Under the pieces are notes generated by a model, which searched no databases, was not told the origin of the DNA, and worked only from the letters and a program-made list of their open reading frames with translations. A stretch of 64,000 nucleotides of DNA from Guillardia theta CCMP2712. Lineage: Eukaryota; Protista; Cryptophyta. The stretch spans positions 110,225 through 174,224 of the forward strand of contig NW_005434555.1 in NCBI RefSeq assembly GCF_000315625.1, read 5' to 3'. Both the position numbers and the translations under genes were made by a program. Below, piece by piece: positions 1 through 12,421 of this stretch (its first letter is position 1; each line of letters opens with the position of its first letter).

Positions 1-655
1 GAGGAGGAGAAGGAGGAGGAGGAGGAGGAGGAGAAGGAGGAGGAGGAGAAGGAGGAGGAGGAGGTCCAAGCAAGGGGATTGGAGCCAGAGGCAGGGGTGA
101 AAAGCAGGGGAGTGGGGGAGAGGAGAGAGGAGAGAGAGAAGAGAGGAAGATTCTCACAGAGAGGGTGGACTTGACGAGGACACGAAAGAGATTTTCATCT
201 AGTTGGCCGCAGGAAGCAAAACCGTTAAAGATGTTAGCGATGGCTTGATGTCCTGACGAATGAAATGTCAGACCCACAGACAGGCGGAACAACAAAAGAA
301 GTAGTTTGTGTCAACATTGTCATGCATTTGACTGTTGTCAACTTCGAACAAAGATCAAGCGTCTCCTCACTTCAAGGAACATCATCTCTGTCTTACCTAA
401 ATTGCTCTTCAGCTCCATGGCAGCTTGAGACATGTGACGGAGTACTGATCGGCTGGTGGAGGATTGCTGGAGAAATGTACAACCATTAGATTGATCTAAG
501 TCGTTGCAATCACATTTATCACCACCAACACTAACACCAACACCAACGCCAGTAAATTTCAACATCATCTCCAGCAGCATATCCTTCAGCATCATCATCT
601 CCATCATCATCTCCATCATCATCTCCATCATCATCATCATCAACAACAACAACAA

Positions 656-703
<48 letters not shown>

Positions 704-710
704 ACAACAA

Positions 711-742
<32 letters not shown>

Positions 743-801
743 TCATCATCATCATCATCATCATCATCAACAACAACAACAACATCATCATCATCATCAT
801 C

Positions 802-849
<48 letters not shown>

Positions 850-1226
850 AACAACAACAATAACAACAATAACATCATCATCATCATCATCATCATCATC
901 AACAACAACAACAACAACAACATCGTCAACCGTCTGATCACAATCACCAATCATTCATCATGTTTCCTTTTCTTCATCACCACGCCTCTATCTTCGTTGA
1001 TGAATCTACTTCATCTTCATAATCATCTCAATCATAGTCAACAAGAAAACAAGGAACATGTTGCATCCCGAAGAAAAGTAGGAAAAACTCACAGGAACTG
1101 TTCTGCCGAATGCGTTGACGATGTTCGCGATGTTCTGCTCATCAAACTCGTTCGGCGGGCGAAACAAGATGGCACGAGCGATATGCTGAAAAATTAGTAT
1201 GAGCACGAGCTGCCAAGAAACAGCAG

Positions 1227-1258
<32 letters not shown>

Positions 1259-2052
1259 TATTTTTCTGACCTCAATCACTTCACGTGGAATATCCTCCAG
1301 CTCTCTGAAGAGGGAGTTTGACAGGAGGGCGAGGGAGACGGGGGAGTAGCTGAAGTCTCAAGTCATTCTCCTCCGCCAAGAACCAACAGCCTCACTCTTC
1401 TATCTTGATCCTCGTCGACACGCGAGCGAGGAACTCAAACACGTCTTCCTCCCTCCGCTCCTCCTGCATCGCCTCCCGTTTCTTCGAGCTCATTAGGAAG
1501 GACTCGTAGAATTCCTTGAGGTACTCGTCGCTCAACAGGCTCGCGTCCTGAAACTTGACCCCCTGGTACACCTACACCGCCCCATCCCATCATGTCAGTC
1601 AGAGGCAAGAGGTGCCATCTTGCAGGGTTACCGGCACGTTCCTGCTGCTGATGAAGGCTCCCTTCCCTTGCTCGCCTACAGGAGCCTTGTCCTCCGCAAC
1701 AACAGCATCGGCGTACAACATCTCCACGTTCATCCTCAACCCTCTCTCTCCCGACCTCCACTTGTCCTTCTCCCTCTCCCTCTCGAACCCTGGGAGCGAC
1801 TTGACCGCCTTCGTTCGCTGCTGCAAGAACGTCTTCCTGCTCAGCGGCGACCTCCTCACCGTCTGAGATCGTCGGTACAAGGAGTTGGCAATGAGAGCCA
1901 GCGACTGGGCGTCGAAAGCTTCAACCTTCGAGAATTTCAGCAATTTGAAGGGGGGGGGGGGGGAGTTAGAGGATGAAGGATGAAACAGGAGGAAGAAGGA
2001 GGAAGAAAATAGGATCAGGAGGAAGAACTAGGTGAAAAGGTGCCCACAGGCA

Positions 2053-2107
<55 letters not shown>

Positions 2108-4539
2108 GTGACCTCAAAGGATTTGATTAGAGTTGCCATGCTATCGAAGAGCAGCTCGTCCTCTGGGAGAATCTTTGCGAACGCGTTGAGGATGATGGAG
2201 GCGCTTCTAGCGTCCTCGCTGCCCCATACCTCAGGGGGGATCTGCTGGAGGGCAGAGCTGAAGAAGAGGAACAGCGGCTTGTCGATCCCTGTGTTGCTGA
2301 TCTCTGACTTAGAGAAGACGGAGACGAGGACGAGCAGGTTGGAGATGCTGAACGAGTCAAGTTCCTGCATGCCCTGTCAAGAGCACAACATGCACTTCTT
2401 CCTGATTCTCCGGCAGCTTTCCTTGCTCGCTCCTGCTTCCCTCCTTCCATTATCCCTTCTTCACTATCCCTTCTTCACCACCTCCATCTCAACTTCCTCC
2501 TCACCTTCCTCCTCCCCTCTCCCCTCCCCTTCCTCCTCCTCCTCTTCCTCCTCCTCCTCTTCCTTGTTCCCTCCCCTTGCCTACACTTCCCTCTTCCTCC
2601 TTTCTCACCTGCTCTTGCATCCTCCTAGAGTACTGCCTCATCAGTTCTTGGATCCAGTAGATAGTCGGGCCCTGCGAGAGCGCTTCAGTCTCATCGTCAT
2701 CGGATGTACATCCTTTCATCCTTTCTCTCCCCCTGCCGCCCCACTGCGCCTCCTCCTCATAATCATCCTCCTCCTCCCCATCTTGTGCGCCCACGTCACC
2801 TGCAACTTCCCGGCAGCGGATACCTCGAGACACTGGAGAAAACATGATCAGTTGCTCATGTAAAGACGATGACAGACAAAATCATATCAGCGAAGGTAAC
2901 GGTGATGAGAAAAGAAGGCAAAGTTTGTGCTGATGTAGAGAGATAGCAGCAGCAACAACAGCAACAACGACAACAGCTTCGGGTGACATGAAACACTAGG
3001 ACGATCAGAAGTAGAGGAGGAGGCATTGCCAACGGTCACCTTGCTGAACGCTGGGAGCATCAGTACAGCATCTGAGATGCAATTCGGTCCATTGGTCCGG
3101 ATGCAGAGGGAGAGGGCAACAGAGCACATGTGTCGGAGCAGCTCGTCGTCCTGCTCCTCCAAGGTCCTCCCCTTCTCCTGCAGGGAGGACTCCGCGTATA
3201 CCACCCAGCTCGAGACGATGTCGGCGATGGTCTTGGCGTCGAAGAGGTTGGAAGGAGAGGAGAGGATGACCGAGGTGAAGTACTTGAAGAGCTTGAAGTC
3301 CTTGTACTTCACCCTCCCCAGACTCTTGATGATGTTGGCGAACGTGGCCATGCCGAACTCCCGGAAGGGGCTCGAGGCCCTGACCTCGCTCACGTCCTGC
3401 CTCGAGTTGTCCTTCTCGTTCACGACCAGGTCTGACCCCAGCGAGTTCGCCAGGTAGCGGAAGAGCTCAGCATCTTCGATGTTGAAGTGTGAGAAAGCTC
3501 CGAGGATGTTGGCGATGGACTGCATGGAGTACGCTTCCTGCGGGATGGAGAGAGCGATCTTCGACATCCTCTGGAAGAGAACCTGGTCGTGGATCTCCGC
3601 CTTGGCAAACGCATTCACTATGTTGGAGACGTGCTGGGGAGAAAAGTCGTTCTGCTCGAGGCTCAGCGCCACCAGCGAGAGAAACTCAAACAAGTTCTTG
3701 TTCCCAGCGCCCGAGCGAACGAACGCGTTGAGGATGTTGGCGACTGACTGCGGGGTGAAGTCGGTAGGCTTCATGGCAAGAGTGACTTGTGCAAGAAGCT
3801 CAAACAGCTCTTTCTTCACGTAGCCTGCTGATGCGTATGCGTTGACAATGTTGGCCACGTTCTGCGAATCGAAGTATGCTTCCACCTTGCTCTTGTTGTC
3901 CATCAGCGCTTGCTGGGCGAGGACTCGGATCCTTCTGTCTGACAGCTCAAACATCCTCTCGTATCCGTCTCGCTCCCTCACTGCATTCAGAGCCAGCGCG
4001 ACATGTTTGGCAGACAACCTCCCAATGCCCCTTTCCACAATCCCTGCATAGAACCGGAAGCATACCGCCTCCCTCTCTTCGAGCGTCTCCCCGCGCTTGT
4101 TGGATTGATCCATCTTCTTGAGGCGTTTGAGGTGATTCAATGCAGCTACCGCCTGCTGAGGGGGGATCTCACCTCTGTCATGGTCGTAAAAGCCCTCCAG
4201 TGTCGCTAGCAGATCCGCTAGGCTGGTGAAGGACATCAGTCTCTTCAGCTCCTTCACCTCTCTAGGATCGCTCCTCCTCTTCTCAACCCTCTGAAATGTT
4301 TTCAGGCCAGAGATCTTCTTTCCCCCTCCCGCTCCCTTGCTCTCCTTCATCATCGTTATCGGCCGGCTGCATACCCTCTGCCTCAGGTTCCGCTCCAGGT
4401 GGGTGTCAGGAAGGAAGACGAAGCAAGGCAAACTGAGGGGGGAAGCGACGGGACTTGCTCTGCTTCCTTCTCCCCCGTCTCCTAGCATCATCGCTCCCAC
4501 GCATGCGCTCAGCAGCCCTGCTGCCCATCCCGACCTCAT
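1..4539 (-). CDS. Octotricopeptide-repeat (OPR/FAST-like) helical-repeat protein, probably an organellar RNA-binding protein; multi-exon, 3' end outside the window
   Basis: ORF 2887..4641 has tandem 38-aa repeats (FDSQNVANIVNAYASAG..., FTPQSVANILNAFVRSG..., FSPQHVSNIVNAFAKAE..., YSMQSIANILGAFSHFN...). The same motif recurs in downstream exons (SASIILNAFAKI ~2170-2210, FDAQSLALIANSL ~1880-1915, FDEQNIANIVNAFGR ~1100-1145, HQAIANIFNGFASCG ~205-250). Likely ATG at 4539 (MRSGWAAGLLSACVGAMML, hydrophobic N-terminus). Confidence 0.75.
580..925. repeat. Compound (CAT)n/(CAA)n microsatellite inside an intron of the OPR gene
   Basis: Directly visible trinucleotide runs; they explain the poly-M/I/Q/H/D/V ORFs at 338-954. 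Confidence 0.95.
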
Positions 4540-5110
4540 CGTCAAGCCATGCTCCGCCTTGAAGCTTCCTCGCTGTGTCCCAAGAGTATGTGAGCACAGA
4601 TCCGGGCCCGGGCCCGACCCGCCGGGCCGGGCCGGAGCCACTGAGCCCAGCGCGGCTCAACTTGATGAAAGTCGATGAAAATCACAAGAAGGAGTTGGAT
4701 TTGTTTCCCTTTACTCAAAGTACACACCCTAGTAGTAGTGATCGGGCGGTAAGCGGCCTCAACCACCTGCCACGCCGAACAAGTTTTTGGACGGTGCAGT
4801 GCATTCTAATGAAACTCGACTCATCTTGAGCAAAAAACTGTTTTGTGGTACACTCGACCGTACACTGTTTTGGCGGCTCTGAGCGCGGCATGCCACCGTC
4901 ACTCCACCGCCGCTACTGCGTCGACAGGCAGCCCCACTCAGGGCCTCACACGAAGTTTTTGGTTTAGGCCGCGCCTCGTACCGGGCCGCCGGGCCCCGGC
5001 CCGACGCCCGGCCCGCGGCTCAGGCGGGCCTACTTATGGTCGATAGCACCAAGAGTCCTTGGGTTTCACCATCTCTCCATGCGGAGAGCCGCCTGAGATC
5101 TAATATGTAC

Positions 5111-5638
5111 CATGCACTCTAACCGATGATGTTATCATACATGTACTCTAACTGATGATGTTATCATACATGTACTCTAACTGATGATGTTATCATACAT
5201 GTTCTCCAACTGATGATGTTATCATACATGTTCTCCAACTGATGATGTTATCATACATGTACTCTAACTGATGATGTTATCATACATGTACTCTAACTGA
5301 TGATGTTATCATACATGTACTCTAACCAATGATGTTATGATACATGTACTCTAACTGATGATGTTATCATACATGTACTCTAACCAATGATGTTATCATA
5401 CATGTACTCTAACCAATGATGTTAACATACATGCACTCTAACTGATGATGTTATGATACATGTACTCTAACCAATGATGTTAACATACATGTACTCTAAC
5501 CGATGATGTTAACATACATGCACTCTAACCGATGATGTTATCATACATGTTCTCCAACTGATGATGTTAACATACATGCACTCTAACCGATGATGTTATC
5601 ATACATATACTCCAACCGATGATTTTATCATACATGTA
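5111..5638. repeat. AT-rich 29-bp minisatellite, ~18 copies (consensus CATGTACTCTAACTGATGATGTTATCATA)
   Basis: Head-to-tail copies with a few point variants and no spacers. Confidence 0.95.
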
Positions 5639-5819
5639 CAAGTGAATCTTATGTTTGTTCTTGTACTTGCCTCTCAATTCTGATCGGTTTGATTTACAAG
5701 TCGTGATTGGTCAAGTGATCATCCTCTGTTAGATTTTACCTTCATCAGACATTCACCGATTTTTGTTTTCTACGTTCCCAAGAGTGTGATGAGTGAGAGG
5801 TGCTTATGTCGTGTTGAGC

Positions 5820-8280
5820 AGATCGACTTGCTGTCTGCTTCGATCCTAAGGGACCAAGTGCTGGGAGCATGACGGTGAATCCTCGGGGAAGGACACTGAC
5901 ATGCCTTTGTAAGAACGCTTCAAGTTTGAACGAGAGTGGATCATTGATGTAGATTGTTTACAGATTTGTTGGTCTGTATGGTGCATGGTCAAGAACAACC
6001 TGCAGTTCCCTGCAGTCTCAACAGGTGAGAAGAAGATTCATGTGGGTTGTAGTTGTGACCATTCTGTAGAACTGTTCTCCAATGTCCCGAGTACTCCAAG
6101 GGCACGAACAACTGGGAGTTGTCATACCAGCTGAATCGACCGCAAGAAGTGCCCTGCAGCGCTGCTCCTCGATTCTGCGCGTTTGATCTATCAAGTTCAT
6201 TGACTGCCTGCAAGGCTGGGAGCTTTTTCCTTGACACCACCGCATACCGACTGACCACGTGGTCAATGATCACACCAGGATCGCCTGCTGTGTGCGGCCA
6301 TGGCAATCGAGCATTTTCCTTCTTCTTTCGATTGAGCTCACAATCAGCCAACATTCACTCGTTTCAAAACCTGCTGATCATCTTCCTCGCGGGAGGAATG
6401 TGCTGGGATACCGACACTTGCGGAACAAACGCGACCAAGAGGACCATGGGGGCAGCAAACAACCCCTCAAGCCTTGAGCCAGACATCCCGATCTCCTTCC
6501 TTGAATCTGTGAGCGGTCGGGTGGGCCTAAGCACTCTCGTTTACAGTCAGGGGATTTTCAGTCCAGACCAGTATGACATAGTAGTCATCCCTGATTGCAC
6601 CGGGGACCTGCATGTAGGTAACAGAAGTTTCACATACAGATCAGGGAACACTTCTTGCATTACCGCGCATCACTTTGGAGCCGTCAACACTGGAATGACG
6701 CTTGAATGGATCTTTGACAAGAGAAACATCAAATCCCTACAACGGATTTCCATCATCTCGACGGGTTTGAACACGGGGCAATCTGCCCAGTTCCCGGACG
6801 CTCGACCGATACCCTACGCCCCTGGGTCTCATGGGGGAATATTCTGGGCTCCGTTCATACAAGGGATGCATCCTCAAATACCCGTCAAGGTGATCTCAGA
6901 GCAGTCTCTCGGGGTTGTCGGTCCGAAATGGAAGGTGATGATGCAAGATGACCCGTGGGGCGCGACCACCGCCAAGACGCCGGACTTGTCACAGACTGTC
7001 TTACCCAGCAGCTCTGAATGGTCGTTCGTATATGACGACACCTCGTACTACTATGAAGTGATAACACAGAAGAACAGCCTGATATCATTCGCGGATATAG
7101 CTTCATCGTCAGACGAAAATCAGAAACGGTTTTTCGTAGACACCGGGGGGAGTCTGACGGATTGTTGCCTGGAAGGATGTAGTTGTTCTCAGGCAGCCAG
7201 CAGATCGTACAAGTCGGGGCAAACAGACTGGTTGAAAAGCTTCAAAGTTGCTGTGATTCGTAGGCATCAACGAATGGGCACGACCTACCTCTCGTGGATT
7301 CATGAAGTGCCGAACTTGCGATTCTTGTTGACTCCGGTCAACATCTCGAAGAGTGTCAACGGCATCGCCCAAGTGACTCAGATCTTTGAACAGTAAGCGA
7401 ACAAACCATTGCTTCTTCTCGGCTAACTTTTCTTAGGTTGTTGGGATCACAAACATATACAGCCTGGAAATCTCGCTTCAACTACACGACGGGATGTCCG
7501 ATACTCAATGCATCTTCAAAATGCGGAGAGAGCAATGCTATACTGTCAAACTGGATGTGAGTATAGATGATGTCACGGTGCTGCCTGAGCTGCTATGAAA
7601 CCTGATTTGAGTGGCAGCTACTCGATAGCAACAGCTCGACTGATCTTCAACTCGAGAGGAATCTTGGTTGCTACGACATTCCCTGGACAGAACTACATGG
7701 AGCGGACGTTTGGCAACTACACTTGTATGGGATGTCTTGATGGGGTATTGCTCATCTGCCTTTTCTCTTCTCCTCTGAGCAAATATTTCAGATCCCAGGC
7801 TCTTACCCGGGGGATTATAAGTGTAACTCGGTCTTATTGCCCGGAGAAACCTTGTTGTCTCTGGCTGCCAAGTACATGACGGACTGGATCACTTTGTGGT
7901 CCATGAACGGAGGCCTCGGCATTTACAGCTCTCAACAGTTGGTTCTATACAAGTACGGCCATGAGTATCGCGTGAGTTTCGGTATATTCCTCCGTTACTC
8001 TGTCAGCTAGCCTGACTTTCTTTCCCATGCTAGATGATACAATAGACACCATTGCCACAAGATTTGGAACGACAAGCTACCACATATACAATGTGAATTT
8101 CAATAGGATAACTAGCATATACAACACATCCAGAATTCGAGAAGGAGACGTGATTTGCATAGTTCCCAACTTCCAGCAAGCTCGGGTGAGTGTGTTCGTT
8201 CCTTCATGCTCAACTGACTCCATGCTCAGGACCAGCAGGGACTCTCGATGTGCCAAGTCAATCAGAATTACAATGTCTGA
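5820..8280 (+). CDS. Pectin acetylesterase/Notum-like alpha/beta-hydrolase domain fused to C-terminal LysM domains; multi-exon, 5' end unresolved
   Basis: ORF 6119..7396 has PAE-family motifs (IFLAGGMCWD..TC, VVIPDCTGDLHVGN, HHFGAVN). Later exons encode LysM-like units PGETLLSLAAKYMTDWITLWSMN (~7840-7910) and DDTIDTIATRFGTTSYHIYNVN...IREGDVICIVP (~8030-8170). Stop TGA at 8278-8280. Confidence 0.75.
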
Positions 8281-8315
8281 GAGATCGTCCGACCGCTACC
8301 ATGCGACCTCTGTGT

Positions 8316-9501
8316 CTAGACGAGAAGTCCGAGGTATCGCGGGCCACTCAGAAGGGCACTGGTAGCGAGGGACGGCAAACCGGTGCTGCAGTGAAGGAAC
8401 TCAGCGAGGTGCGGGCCGTCACTCTACTCACCTGTATGCTGGGGGCAGGAAGAACATCCTGGTGCTGGTGAGCAAGAAGATAACAGCCCAGAGTCGGATA
8501 AGCCAAGAGTTGTGGAGCCCTGGGTGCCGGTCAGAGCAGGAGATGCAAAGCTAGGTGGTCACGGAATCGTTTCTCCACAATCAGCTCCACCTTGGCAGCC
8601 TTGACAACTCGTCAGGTTTGAATCGCCGCAGTGAGGACTACCAAAGCTTGGAGGAGGAAAAACAGCAGCCAGTAGCCTCGTAGACAACCTTGCTTGCTTC
8701 GACTCCCATACCACAAGATGGCCTCATGGAAAACACCACTGACTGCGAAGGTGAAGACAGCAGCGACACTGTTAGATAGATTTAACTTCTTTAGAGGATT
8801 GAAACAGCCATGTCTGAGAAGTCGAGCTGCCGTCATGTTCCACCTGTGACCCCAGAAGTCTCTGAGAGAGGAGGACAGGAGCGGCGAAGCGAAGTGCTCC
8901 TCGACGTCCATGCCCAGCAGACATACCAGACCCGCAGGGAAATCCATGAGACCGGAGGCCGTTAGCAGAACCACGAAGGACCAACACACGTCACCGATCA
9001 GAGTGCCCTTGGAGCAGGCGTGCGAGAGATGCTCTAGCGTCTCGCACTTGTCAAGGGAGTAGAGCAGGAGGAGTAAGCCCAGCAGCTTGTACATGAACCT
9101 TCCTACCAAGGTGAAGCCTTTCTGGTACCGTTCTGTGCCTCCCAACTGTACGAGCTCCTGGTTGCTCCCCGCTTGAGGTTGATGGGCAAGAAGTAGGACA
9201 TCCAGAACAGACCCAACGATCGTTGAGTGTTCGCGGAGGCTAGTGGGCCATGTCCTGAGAGGAGCGCAATGACTCGGGCCGTTCCCCACCACGTGACCAG
9301 CGTTGACGACAGGACGCAGCACACAGCAGCCTCCGTCTTGTCGTTGAGGCACATCGGAATGAGAGCATGGAGAGAAAAGAGGGGTGCTGCATAGAGCCTG
9401 TTCTTCGTCACGAAATGCCTGCAGAATTCTGAGGATAGAATCGAAGACAACACACAGAAGGCAAGTCCGATCAGAGGATCCGAGATCGCAGTCAGTCTCA
9501 T
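8316..9501 (-). CDS. MBOAT family wax-synthase / sterol O-acyltransferase-like protein
   Basis: Motifs SLRDFWGHRWN and FAVSGVFHEA (catalytic His) with many TM helices. ORFs 9103..9501 and 8612..9352 join via a short GT-AG intron near 9103-9146. Final exons end GPRYLGLLV-stop at 8316. Confidence 0.85.
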
Positions 9502-10027
9502 GCCCTCGACCTGCTACCTACTCGGCACAGACGTCACCCTGCATGTCGCGAATGTGTTCCTCCTTCCTCCCGCCGCCATTTTGTTGAGTCCATGACTTCC
9601 AACCTTGCACATGGGAAGTCCGCCTCAGCCGGCCCCGGGTCAACGCCGCCGACTGAGCGGCCCGGCGGCCGGGGGCCCCGCCGCCGCTCAGTACGGTGCC
9701 GCAGTGCCCCGGTCAGGCTGCGGCCGGGCGGAGGCTCCGACGCGGGGGTCGTCCGATCATCATACTGGTACTTTCAATGCCAAAATAACCTGATAATAAC
9801 ATTGTCTACAGAGATTCCTCAGGCTCTAGAGTTGCGATCAAGCCCCTGTCCTCCTCGTCGACCTTGAGCATGTTGACGTAGAAGCACATTGGGTCCTCCT
9901 ACAGGATCAAGTCAAAGTGACGGAGTTTCTGCCCTCAAACTTGAATCCCTCCCCATAAACTTCAAATTCACTTCTCAGGTTCAAACGGAACCTCTCAACC
10001 TAAATCGCATGCAATTTCCTCACCTCA

Positions 10028-10475
10028 TCAGATCCGTCTCGGAAAACCTTGAAACTCTTCGTCACTCTCTCCCTCCTCCTCACACCACAAGCCCCTCACC
10101 TTCACACTCTGAAATAGTCCTGCCGGAGAAGCGACAAAATGGCGAGAGAAGTAGCAGATTCTGCATCCAGCACGGCTCAGATTCCACCATGGGTCGTCAT
10201 GGCACATCTCATACCCAGTCGACGAGTGCAGATAGAAGATTCTCAACAACAACGAGTCTTTCCCGACGTTGTTCACCACATACCCGTAAACCTTCGTGTC
10301 TGCAAGGTTCTCGTCATCCCATAGAAGCTTCTTCCCTTCATGACTTACTTCCTCCGCTGAGTTCCATTTCTTCCCCGTTCAGCGCCATCTTCATGACTCG
10401 TTTCCAGTTCGACTTGAACCCCCCAACAAGCTTCCCCACAAACAACTCCCGTGAGTCACCATTATCTCCTCCTCC

Positions 10476-10509
<34 letters not shown>

Positions 10510-11782
10510 ACCTGTGGCAGCCTCATCCGAACGTAGTAGTTGGCGAAGATGTTATTCTCTTCGTCTATTCCCAGGGACAAATGCGTTTCTGTCAGCCTTG
10601 CCATGTATACAGCGAAAGCCCTTCCTGTACGCATCAACATCACTAGCAAACAAAACAACCCCCTCCATTCCTATGCATCAACCAATTGCATAACAGCACA
10701 GTGAAGACTGCGACTTGAATTCTATTTCATTGATCTCCTCTTCTCCCTCCCTCCCTTACCCAGGCTCTCTATGCTTCCTCGTATCCTCTCCATGATGCTC
10801 TGTGACGCGTGATCCGTCGACAACGCCTTCAGGGCCTCCGACATGAAGCCTCTACAGAACTCTCTCCGTCAGCACTCCTCCTCATCCCCTCCTCATCCCC
10901 TCCTCTCTCCTTTTTTTTGCTCTCACCGGCTCTCTGATACCAGCCCCCTCAGCGCCTGGTCGATGTCGTACGCACACGCGTTCGACGTCCCCGGGTCTCT
11001 CCGTACTACCATGCAGAACTTCCCCGCAATATCTCCTGGCCACTCGTGCCTCACCTCCGCCTCCTCCTGTGCCTCCAGTACGAACACGCCTTCCCCCATG
11101 CACGACACATGCGCCGGTATCACCCGACACCTGATCACGTTCAAGCACACCATCCCCTCCCTCGAGAACGTCCGCAGGTCTACGAAGAAGGGCCCCACCC
11201 CCTTCCCCAGCATCACCGCCTGCCCAGCCGCTCGTAGCACGTCCAGGCTCTCGTTCTCGACCAGATGGAGGAAGCACTGTCCTTCCTGCTCCAACAACCA
11301 TGTTTCTCGTCAGACATCTACTCACCCTCTTGCCTTCTCCTCCCCTCCTCGCCCTCCCCTTCCTTCCCTCTTACCAGCCTCCGTAGCGGCGATCGGACGT
11401 AGTACTCCTTAAGCCCCACGCTCCCGCACTTGATCCTCCAGCTCGGTAGCTCCACCGACACGATCCTCTCCCTCCGGCTCGACATGACCCTCGCCGTCGC
11501 TTCCTCTAGCGACACGCCGGGCTTTCGCTCCTTCCTGCTCGCCCGAGACGACGCCGGCATGGCCCGCAAGTGCGTCACCAGGTCCTCCAGCAGGTGCAGC
11601 AGCGTCCTCCGAGACGGCAAGCTCCCCCTCAGCTCGCCCAAGCTCCTCTCCATCTGGGGTATGAGGGGGTCGAGAATGTCGAGGAGCTTCTTGGTTTGCT
11701 CGCGGGTGACCAGAGCGTTCTGCTTGTCCCTGGCTTTCTTGCGGTTGAGATCCCTTCCTCTTGCAAGTTGATTTTTTGGCAT
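10028..11782 (-). CDS. Divergent bHLH-like plus PAS-like protein (putative transcription factor); multi-exon, 3' end approximate
   Basis: Basic region RGRDLNRKKARDKQN, helix KKLLDILDPLIP and helix RRTLLHLLEDLVTHLRAM, followed by PAS-like elements (IVSVELPSWRIKCGSVGLKEYY; GQCFLHLVENESLDVL). Exons are spread over ORFs 11318..11794, 10923..11297, 10338..10658 and 10028..10279. Confidence 0.5.
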
Positions 11783-12188
11783 GTTTGCTGTCAAGGAAAT
11801 GTCATGCCCCGTCTTTGTTCTGTTTCAACATCGGCAGTTTGATTGTGATTGCTATATTTGAGACCAGCATTCCATATCAAAAGGGCCTGCAAGTTGAAAA
11901 CAGTTAAGAGTGCAGCAAGTAATATAAAGTTACAACTAGAAATTGTCCTGCCACTGGTTACTCCCTGCTCATCTATCCAGATTTTCATGTTTTGCTAAGA
12001 TATGCTACTCTTTCCTCTCTCCTTTGAATCCTTTACCATTGATACCTCACCATCCTATCTATCCCATTCCAGCCTTTTCCCCATCCATTTTCCCCATCCA
12101 TTTCCCCCATCCATTTTCCCCATCCATTTTCCCCACCCCTCCTCGTTGGCAAAAATATTTGTACCCACCTTTTTTGAGTAAATCTTTA

Positions 12189-12421
12189 CCGCCTCAGCTC
12201 CTTCCGATCCTCCCCCCTCAGCTCCTTCCGATCCTCCCCCCTCAGCTCCTTCCGATCCTCCCCCCTCAGCTCCTTCCGATCCTCCCGCCTCAGCTCCTTC
12301 CGATCCTCCCGCCTCAGCTCCTTCCGATCCTCCCGCCTCAGCTTCTTCCGATCCTCCCGCCTCAGCTCCTTCCGATCCTCCCGCCTCAGCTCCTTCCGAT
12401 CCTCCCCCCTCAGCTCCTTCC
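12189..12421. repeat. 24-bp minisatellite, ~9.5 copies (CCTCAGCTCCTTCCGATCCTCCCS)
   Basis: Directly visible; explains the PPQLLPIL and REDRKEL ORFs. Confidence 0.95.

Noticed and set aside
338-954. Homopolymeric amino-acid ORFs
   Set aside because: Translations of an intronic CAT/CAA microsatellite.
5111-5638. 29-bp array as a CRISPR array
   Set aside because: Units are contiguous with no unique spacers, there are no cas genes, and the context is eukaryotic.
9100-9150. Apparent frameshift or pseudogene in the MBOAT gene
   Set aside because: A ~44-nt GT-AG intron restores the frame.
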